This document shows, in pieces, positions 25,145 to 35,453 of a stretch of 64,000 bases of DNA. Made by a program: the position numbers and the translations under genes. The notes beneath the pieces are model-generated. The model saw only the letters and a list, made by a program, of their open reading frames with translations. It made no database searches and had not been told where the DNA came from. Every line of letters begins with the position of its first letter. The stretch's first letter is position 1. Origin of the DNA: Schizochytrium sp. TIO01. Lineage: Eukaryota > Protista > Bigyra: Labyrinthulomycetes. Where the stretch lies: NCBI GenBank assembly GCA_004764695.1, contig SMSO01000032.1, positions 806,001-870,000 on the forward strand, read 5' to 3'.

Positions 25145-28100
25145 ATGCGCCGTCGAGGTTTGTACAGAAAGTATGAAGATCGCTATGAAGATCGCGCCGG
25201 TGATATACCTTTGGCAAGGTCATCCAGTTCGCACAGCTCATGTGATTACAATCAACGCTTTCTCACGTCTGAACCACGGAACTCAGGAATGAATCACAAC
25301 TCTACGACGGTTGATAATATAAATTCACATCACGAAACGAAATCGAAACTGTATAGCAGAATTTCTAATTATTCTGGAGTACAAACAGATCATATAAACT
25401 GTTGTTGTTGTGACATCTGTAGAGCTAGTGAACAATTACACGATGAGGAAAGTAAACAGCAAGAGAAACATACAGAAAGTCATGGTAGACGTTGCCACTC
25501 AATAACATGTCTTATGGGTAGGGTTATGAGTTGGGTAGGGTTCTTTATTGGATTTGTATCCACGATTATATTCCTCTCCTTTTGGGTCATGGTATTGGAG
25601 TTCGCAACTCTTCCCTGCGAACCTACTCAAGAAACGAACCCAGATTGCTCGAATTTGCAAGAACTGGCTGCCAGTATAAATGTAACAAGTTTCCTGTGGC
25701 TTGGAAAATGCATTGACACAAGCACTACTCCGTTGGAGACAATTTTTGGCCAAAGTGCCTCAAGTTCACCTTTGGAGTTCTCAGTACAAGTCATTCGAAG
25801 CGCTTACGAATCTAACTTTTCAACCCGTGATGCTCTGGGAATTCATTCGCAACAAAGCGTGTGTTACAAAGGTCCAACAAAATCTTTCTATATTATCATC
25901 AATGTTCTATATGTGGTCCTCCTCCTAGTAGCAAAATTTTGGGGCGACGAAAACAACAAGACAATGCAAGAGAAATTCAGCAATCCGATCAAAGACTTGA
26001 CACTCTATAGTATTTGGAGCGATACCATGGAAGAAAGTTGCAGAAGGTCTGGATTGTCAGGTTCAAGAGGCGAAGGAACCCAAAAGGGGCACGGCCTCAC
26101 CAAATCCAGGGTCTCCTCTTTACGACAATTGATTAAACGTCGATATGAACATGGGCCTAACATGAGAGCTGCGAAAAAAAAAGGGGAGAATCCTAAAAAA
26201 GAAATGGAAGATATACTGGAGGAATATCATGACACAGTTCCTGAAACCGAAGGAAAAGAAAAGTTTATATTATCAAAGAGCAAAGAGAATCATTGACGAT
26301 CTGAAGAATTCAGATGGAGATAGCTTGCGACGTAGAGACCCGGCTTCGAGGCGCTTCCAGGATTTGGAAAAAAATCTGTACGAATCCCAGGAAAAGTTGC
26401 GGGTACATTGGGAAACTTGCCTCCAAAGTGGTAGGGATTTAGAACGAGCGTCACAAGATGCTGAGCATCTGGAAGTCGAGGTACAGAAAGCGAAGAGCGT
26501 CGTAGACGCTTATTTTGATGAACATAGGGAAAAGCAAGGCGAACCTCGCCATTTTTCTAGTTTGGAAGTTGTCGAAAAAATTCTTGAGTTACTTGCTTCT
26601 TCAGAAACTTATATACGAATCCCATTTCCCTGTAGGAGACTGGGTGGCACAGCCGATAAAACGAACAAAATGGAAAAAGAAGAAACCCCTGAAGCTTACG
26701 CTGCTAAAATTCTTCGTGATTGGGAATGGTTTGCCTGGTTTTTTTTCGTGCTTGCATGCCTGTCTACAATCTTTTCTTCTATCTGTTCGATACTTTCGTT
26801 GGCCTACCCTAGCATCTCCTCTACATTGAGCGAGGCTATTGATAGTACTGATTGTCCATCTTTGTCAGATATTCTCCCAGCAGTCTCTGTTGCTTTTGAT
26901 GGAAGTTGCAAAAGTTCTGATTGGATTCGCAACTTTTTGTTGCTCTATGAAAATTCTACAGATATTCTTAGCCAAGTACCTAGCATTGTTGACTTCATAG
27001 ATGGAGTATCAGAAAGCGATGGAAGTCTCAATTCTATTCATGATCTGCGTCGCTTTGTAGACCAGACGAAACTTTGTGTGCAACGTCCAGGTTTGCTTGG
27101 ATTATTCGCTGTCAGATTCTCGCTCAACTGGTGTTCATTTTTATCAATGACTGGTTTTTATACGTTTTCTCGAAAGTCAATTAGATGTAAGCTGATCAAG
27201 AGTAACTCAATATATCAGGGCGTGTCAAAGTTTCTTCGAGATGCAAAACTTCGATTGCTGGGCTTCTTTAAATTTATTCGGGTATCTTTAGAGAAAATTA
27301 TAGCTCGTATTTTTTTACCTCTTTCCAATGTGTGGATGGAATACGAGTGGTGGGTAGAGTCGCGCAACCCTTTAAAATTTGTATCAGCACGAGTGTTACT
27401 CCAAGCTCTTGCTTTTACCATTTTGCTTATAGTAGTCACAGGTGCGGCGCTTTCGGCAAACGCCTTGTATGATACCTTTACAATTGATCAGACCTCACAA
27501 TTAGAAGTTCTGTTAACGATCACCCCAACGTCTAGCCCAACACCTTCCTCAATACCTGTTACACCGACGGCCCCAACAGTGTCTATCCCTACTGCACCAA
27601 CTACATTGTTATCAACGCCTAGTCCGACTGTTATGCCTAGTCCTGGTACTTTACAACCGAGCTCGAATCTTACATCTTCAGGCGTTGCATTTTTAAGTGG
27701 ATGGACTTCCTTGAGGATTACACTTACAATCTTAGGAGCAGTCATTCTAGGTGTAATTCTCGCCCTGCCATTTCTTTTGATATGTATGAAGAACAAGTTT
27801 GATGGTGAGCTGGGCGAGCTTGTGACTGGTACTGGTAATTATGGAGATTCTCAAAACACCACGCTTCAGGGCCATAAAGGGGCAGTCAGGAAGGAAAGAT
27901 TGAGCTTGTCAGAATCGAGTTTGACAAATTCGCTTGGTAATGAATATGGAAGAAAGGGCGGGGGTCAACCAAACTCTACTTTACGTCCTCCAAAGAATAA
28001 TAACTCGAGATCTCGGTATGAAGATACAAAGGATACGACACAGGAAACTTCCTTGTCTCCTCTCTCCTCGAAAGATTATACATTACCAAAGCAATATACT

Positions 28101-31100
28101 GTCGATACAAGGTCATCGTTGAGCCAAAGTAGCCTTTCCACTTTGTCTTTAAGCTCCGTGGGGTCCAAGGGCTTGCGAAGCCACGGCTGTAAGGCTTCTA
28201 TTATGTCTGTTTTTTATCAACTTTGTTCATGTTTTTCAAAGGAAATAAAAATCAACGAGCAGCCAGACTCGATAGAGTCAAGCTCTCAAAGACGAGTATC
28301 TTCAACAAAGACAAGTGCGTCTGTGCCTTGTCAGTCATGTATCACTATGACTTTCACAGTCCTTAATACTGCCATCTACTATGTGCTTCTTTCGCCCTTT
28401 GCACTTATTGTTGTCATCACAGAAGGTTTAATTCTTTTGGGAATTTGCATAATGGCAGTAGTTATTGTGCTTGCAATTTTTCTTTTTTGCCTGCCCATCT
28501 TACTGATTGGCCTAATCTTGTACATATTGTTTAGGGTCTTACGAAAGACGCTCCTTCTCCTTAGGAGGGGGATCAAATGGATATGGTGTACAATCATTTT
28601 ACCCTGCATTCCTCTCCGCTGTCTCTCGTGCGCAAGAGAAAAATCGATCTTTATTTATAAGCACCAATGTACAGAGCATTTTTGCAAGAAACATCACTGT
28701 TTTATGCGAACAGGCGAGACATGTGCAGGATGCGAAGATCCTGATCTGCAACTCTGTGATTGTTTCCCGGCCCAAATTCTGGAGACCTGTCCTCGATGCT
28801 TTTGCCATATCCATCATAAGATTAAAATACAACAACCTGGAACTCTAGCAAGCATCAGGAGCATGTGTTCTCCAATGAAGAAGATTTGTTCAATTTGCGA
28901 AGATCCATGCCCTCAGCACCCTGATACTATGCCCAAAAGACAATGTCCCGATTGCTGGTGCCTTCGTCACGATAGACCCGTAGAGCAGCACCAGCTCGCA
29001 GCAGGGTTTGGTCGTGGCTGCGACAAATGTTTTTGCGCAAAGCACCAATACGTGCTACTTAATTTCTCAGAGGGTCGTAAAGATGGAGTTTGCCCAGAGT
29101 GCAATTGCGAACATTTCAAAGCACGCCAGGATTGTGAACTTTGCTGGTGCAAAACACACCTATGCAAGAAAGATAAAATCGCATGTTCAAAATACAGTAG
29201 AAACCTACAAAAAACTTCCAGCAGTCGACCTTCTGGCGGAATTCCTGACTTCACGTTTAGTTGCAAACATTGTGACAATCCTTGCGAGGTTTGTGCGATA
29301 TTCAAAGAAGGAGCAGCTCTTCGTTGGGAAGAAGAGTGTGCCGAACACTGGTGCCCGATACATCGCCGCTCAGACCCTGATGCCGATAACCCAGCCGGGA
29401 AATGTATCGTCTGTCGCGATCCATGTGAGCTTTGCAAGAAGGAGCGCGTTTCTGCCCAGCGACTACCTGCACGAGAAGAGTGTTCGCATTGGTGTAACCT
29501 ACACCAGCGCATAGCACCCTATAAAGATCGTAATTGCTTAATTTGTCGGAAGTATGGATGCCCTTATCGTCATACGGGGGATCATCGCCAGCCGACACGG
29601 CTTGAGTGCAAAGAGCACTGGTGCGCAGATTTCCAACATGCAAAGAGTTACAAAGAGAGAGAAGATATGGATTTCATGAAAGTCAACGAATACATCCTTG
29701 TTGATCTCTTCAAGGCACGCCACTGCCCAGTATGTGCGGACCCATGTGAGAAGTGCCCACTCGGCTCTACGTGTCCTCGAACTAAATGCAACAGACATTA
29801 TTGCCAACCACATGACCGAAGTAAGAGGCTAGGAAAAGATGGTCATTGGGTTTGCAATGCGTGTGATGACCCTTGTAGGGAATGCTTGCTGGAAAACGGG
29901 GGTGTTGACGAAGGAACATGGGCTCCTAAAAGGGATGAATGCGACAAGCACTTCTGCAAATTCCATAAACGACCAGTAAACAAGGGACGACCTTATTTAG
30001 AAGTGAGATGTGATGGTAAATGTCTCATCTGTACTGACAGGTGCGCATGTCATCCGTATCGAGCGCTACAAGAATGTGAAGATTGTTTTTGTGGGAAACA
30101 CCCAGAGCATCCTCATTTATACCTCTGCAGTAGATTTTTGGCATGCGCAAAAGGCTCGTGCTTCCTCTGTACGTGCCAGTTTTGTCATCAAGACTTCGTA
30201 GAGGGCGATTTTATGAATGAGAATGGGCGGTGTCAGCGGTGCCAAGACTGGTGCAAGCATCAAATTTTACTTCAAGATTGCAATGCATGCTACTGCAACT
30301 ACCACAAGGAGGAACGTCTCCATACTGGATCCGAAGGTATTCAGCCTTGTCCTAAGTGTGAGGAGTGCATCAGCCATCACATTATGCCTGCCGAAGAATG
30401 CAAGGTTTGTTTTTGCTTAAGGCACAATACCCACAAAATTCGTCTTCAGGGTATACGAGGATCCAACTCTACTGTCTGTATTGTGTGTACACAAATACAC
30501 GCAGTTCTCACCAAGAAAAGGTTCTGCAAATTTGCTGCTAAATTATTCAACTGCCTTGGTATGAAGGGGCTGCTTGATGACTCTGACCTTGGAAGGATGC
30601 ATTCCATCAGTTCTCCACAAAATAGTGCATTTAGAAATGACCAATCACGGTCTCATGTTAGACAAACTTGGAGTGATGATATGAAGCTCGGTTGGACTGA
30701 GTTGTGGTCAGAAGTTGGTCGTGTAGATCAGACAGATTTAAGTATGTCGGCAGTCTCGAGTGGGATGTCGCAGCGTACGATCGTTATTGATGGCCTTAGA
30801 CAGCGTCGAATTATATGCGCAATCAGCGGTGCAATTCATGCTATTGAAGACATCTGGACGCAGATGTTTCAAGAAAATGTTGTTCTATTTGGAATGGAAA
30901 ATACGGAAGAAACCTGGCTGAGGCTTCGTACAACTCAAGACCGCCCGAGTCGTGAACACGGTGGCTTAAACTACGTCAAGTGGTTTCCATGGCGAGTTTT
31001 AGGTCGTATCGGCTTCATGGGGTTTAATGGTCCTAGGATCAGGCCCATAGAATTTAAATATAGCAGATTTGGCAACGGCGAAGATTGCTTTGACTTGTCA

Positions 31101-31493
31101 GACTTAGATTGCACGATTTGGTGGAGAGAAGAGGATGGCGACACAGTTGCTTATCATGACCCAATGCTCGACATACTTCGAGATGAAGACTTGGAAGAGC
31201 TTGCGTTGATTGCTACGAAGTTTGAAAGGGATAGCTCGAGGAGACAATACCAAGACATGATGTTGTATCGGCAAGACAACATGAGGCTAGCTCTTCTTGA
31301 TCATGGTGATCAATTTCTCACCAAGTTTCGTGCTAGATCGGGGTTGGCTCCCGATCATACCCCACAATACGAAAGAAGTCAAATTGAAAGCTTGAATGCC
31401 AGGGTAGATGCAAATGCGGCGTACGAAAGATATAAATGGAGTGATCAGCAATACATCACAAATTTTGCGGATCACACGCATAGGTTCTCGTAG
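25145..31493 (+). CDS. Giant multipass membrane protein with Cys/His-rich array (paralogue B), split by a +1 frameshift in 26166..26296; about 2115 aa if joined
   Basis: ORF 25145..26296 matches the N-terminus of paralogue A (CSNLQELAA..FLWLGKC vs CPSLGAIAL..FLWLQQC). ORF 26229..31493 matches the rest (RWEEECxxHWCxxHRRSD, KCIVCRDPC, CKFAAKLxNCLG, KWFPW). Both frames are open over 26166..26296. Could be an intact gene with an assembly error, a pseudogene or a recoded gene. Confidence 0.8.
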
Positions 31494-34400
31494 TTTTAAG
31501 TATATGATTTCACTCCGGCTAGAAAGTCTTGTGCGATCCTCATTCTTAATTCATATTATATAAACTAGTTAAAAATTATCTCTCTTACATCAACTGTTTG
31601 ATAGTCACGCAATAAGAAAACTATTGTTGGATGCTTGCTAGTCGTGCGAACTTTTCGGTAAGGCAACATTTGAAATGACGAACTATTTTATATGGGTAGA
31701 ACGGTGGTGACTTTAGCTCGGCTGTGATGTTTGCCTTTAGCAAAACGCTTGATCACCGCAAGGTTATTCTCTCTCCTATTCTAATGAGAGCTTGGTACTT
31801 GTTCATCAAGAGCTAACTGATGCAGAAGTTTTGATAATACCTATCTTTAAAAAAATAAGAGATTAAAACACATAAAGGAGTAAGATTTAGGGATTTGGCA
31901 AATAACGCTATCTAAAGTCAGCTCCCTATGTTTTAGCTCTCGCAACTTGCAAGATATTACTAAAATTCTTTTACTTGTATACAACTCAATGCCTACTCTG
32001 ACTGCTGGCAATCAATAGATATAGTCGTCCTGCCAACTTTGCTTGCCTGCTCGCTCTTTTGCAGGTCAACTGCGTTGCAGATGCTAAAAGCGCACTACTC
32101 AAATACTCAGGTTGGTGCACACCCTCTTGAGCTGTACCTGATTCAATTTGTAAGTTTCAATATACTTATGGTGTACGACAAGTTGATCCTTAGATTTTTC
32201 ATCTTCATACTACTAGTACTAGCTCTAAGATGCTGCTAAATACAACAAGATCAGACCTCAATTGACCTGGTCAATTTATTAATAATCAAAACCATCACCG
32301 TTCTCATCGTGACCTTGAGCTAGCTAGGTACAAGGTGCTCATCTAAATCGAGGTGTACAAAAGGATCCAACTTCAGGTATTGTTTTAGCCTTACTTTATC
32401 CCAGCATTTTTTTGAGGAGTTGCCTCTGACAAGTGAGTATAGTCCAGCTTGAAATCGATTTAGACGTGAATAAGCTGCTGAGATGCACCCGCCCGAGACT
32501 CATGCAACAATAAAGAAGCGAGGAGAATAGAAGTAACGTTCTTTTCAATTTTGAGGTTATTGTAGCCTTCAATCCACCTCTCAAGCCACTGCGATCGGCC
32601 AGAGCCCATGTATCCAATTCAAGATCCCTGCGTATGCAAAAGAACATCTGCAGATTTGTAACTCGTCATTTTAAGCCACTAAGTAAGCGCGGCTATTAAA
32701 AGCTGTTATACTCTGACTAACTACAAATATGGTCACCGCAGCAATACCTATTCCTTTTAAACAACTTAGAGTGACACATGAAGAGTAACATCCAATCTAT
32801 CTGGCTTCAACTCCTCCTCCTTTCGCGAGTCAGAATCGATCCCTTTACCTAGGTTAAAAATCACATTACTAATAGCCACCTTCTCCTCTTCTTTTGCCAT
32901 CTTGGTCCTTCAGACGGCAAGTTTTCAGATTTATGAGCCCTGAATTTTCACCGTACCATTAGTAAGTAGGTACCTAGAAGACATGCTTTAGTAGGTATGT
33001 AATTGATTAGCTATGTCAAAAATAAAGAATTGGCTCTTCTTTTCTCCCCATTGATGCTTTGTGCACGCGCTGATACTTTTGTTCTTAGCAAAGTAGTAGG
33101 TAAGTGACTAAGTATTTTAGGTAGAGAAAATGAAAGTAAAGAGGCAGGCAGCGCGTGCAGCAGGAGACTCGGACTTCGTTTGACTCGTACATTAACTTCA
33201 AGTTGAGCGATAGGTACTGACAGCAACTCGTGCTCGAAGATCATCCGAGCAGTAGCTTACAGGCAGTAAGGAAAGGACAAATTAAAGACTGCGGGGCTTG
33301 TGCGTCGCCGCCAGTTGTCACTGGATGTGGCAAAGGCTGTTGGTCGGTGGGTGGGGCGGGAGGGCTGCCGGAAGAAGAGGGCGCGTGTCAGCTTGTTCTC
33401 AGTGCTCCATCTAGCCACTGGCTGCTGCTTCATAGTTATCTTAGCCTGACTTCTGACTCTCTACTTTGGAAAGGCGAGTGCTTGAGTTGATTGCAATCGA
33501 CGCATTGCAAGGTCAATAAAGTCTCGAGCTACTCTGCTTGAGTGGTGTCCTGAGACCCTTGATGGTGCATATCTCATTTTTTTGGAGATTGCCAAAAGAT
33601 TGTTGAAGCGGTTTACTTTGTCGGGCTCCTCTCTCATTTCAAGTTGATGGTCGCTCTTTAAGTTAGGGCGGTCCATACTCTGAGTTGCGCTGTTTGGTTC
33701 CGAGGTATTTGTCTTTTCCGTGTGTGTATAGGTAGGTAGGTAGGTACCTACACCCGTGGTCACACAGCAAAAGGTCTCTTCTTCAGGTTGTGACCAGAGC
33801 ATTTCTTGGAGAAGCTAGTCCAACATCATTCTGAATTTGTGAGTCACATTCTGAGAAGTTTTTGCTCTTTTTTTTTTTCAAAGTTATAAAGAAAGCACTC
33901 AATTATAGTCAAGGAAAGCTGAGATATGCTTTCTCTTGAAGTACAGCAATTCGATTGCTCTCAGTAACATCTTCATCACTGGCTTGAGAGCTGCAGAACC
34001 CACCGATTAAAAAAGTCCTCCACGAAGCTGCGCCAGCGTCTACTGGCTCGCCAGTAACATGGGCGTTGCAAGCGGCTCTTACCTGGCAGGCTTGCGTGCT
34101 TCTTCAATTCCCCACTGCTCCATTACTGTCTTTCGACGATATAAGAAGGACATTGCTAGAGATCCGCTAGCACAGAATCTACCAGAAACCAAATCTATCA
34201 AGGTAAAAGCTTAAATTCGTCCTGATCTCTGAGTCACCTTCTCGCCAAGTGACAGGGTGACAGGAAGCCACATTCTTACTCCGCTGGTGCGTCCCCACTC
34301 CTCCGTGGTAACGAATCGAATCACAGTGATACTACTGCATTAGTTTACAGATTGAGTAAATGAGGATCTCCTCTCTCTCCACGCACTCGCGCACACTCCC

Positions 34401-35453
34401 TTACACTTACACCCTCTCCCATTCCCCCTCTCATTCTACTACTGCTTACCCACCGCTAGACTCACATTACGGAGATCAATGCATAGCTACATAGCACGAG
34501 GTACTACTAGAGATCCTATGTTACCTATCTCTTTGTTCTCATTTTGACTTCAATCAATACTTTGTGCCTAAGCTAGCAAGGAAACTTGAAGAAAGAACCA
34601 CGTACATAAAAGCCTTCAATTCAAGTGCTTTCGAGCACTCTCTAGACTAGCCACTGCCGCCTATCGCTATGTAGGCACTAGCCACCTTCATTAGTTTAAG
34701 CAAGCGCCACAACGAAGAGCAAAGTTTTTTTTTGGAGAACACTATTAGGAGCTTTTTCACATTCGCTTTAAGCGCCACAAGCGAGCGTGGTTCTGCACTC
34801 CGGACACTTCGTCAGCTGGGTGCTTTTCGCCGCGAGCGAATAGGTCCAGCTATTGAAAAGATCTGCCAAAGTACTTTGTCATGCTGGCTGTGCTGGGCGT
34901 GCTGGTTATGTTCTTTGAGAAGTTGTAGGGTCCCAGATTTTCAAGTTCGTGACTCTCTAAATTTGAACTTTTACTTTTTAACTTTAAAATATTTAAAAAA
35001 GTAAAAACTTCTCTCGTATGATCAATAAATAAATGATGTGTACCTCTAACTAGGAGTAGGAAAGGTGGTAGTGCCACCGAAGTTTAGCTTTGGCACTTCT
35101 CTATTTGTTCCTACAAGTACTCACTCACTCAATCGCTCTTGTAACACAGTAGGCGCAAGTAGAGGTAACAGTAGCACTCGAATGGGGATTTAATCCTGAC
35201 GATCATTCTTTACGCACCTGCTCCCGTGTCAATTCATAGCTGCATCAAAGTTCGCTCTCCAGGTGCTTGCTTCGAGCTAGCTCGGACCTGCTGTGTCGAG
35301 CTAGCTTTGGTACCGAGCAGCCTGATCTGCAAGGCTGACTTGCTAGTCTTTTTGGGCTAGTACTGGTTGCTTTCGGGCCGGGTTACTGGGAGTTTTGGTC
35401 TTTTGTTCATAATAGTAGGAGGGGTAACACATCGACAAAAGCGACTCGGCACC

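Noticed and set aside
26100-26330. Intron explaining the frameshift in paralogue B
   Set aside because: No GTAAGT-like donor or pyrimidine/branch signal, and the region is purine-rich and reads as coding. Not fully excluded without cDNA.
16884-30500. Multiheme cytochrome c reading of the Cys/His arrays
   Set aside because: Exact CxxCH motifs are nearly absent (I noticed CQFCH in B). The dominant spacings are CxxH and CxxCxCxxH.
15600-31700. Giant gene pair as a transposon or endogenous virus
   Set aside because: No transposase, integrase, RT or capsid motifs, and no terminal repeats or target-site duplication seen by eye.
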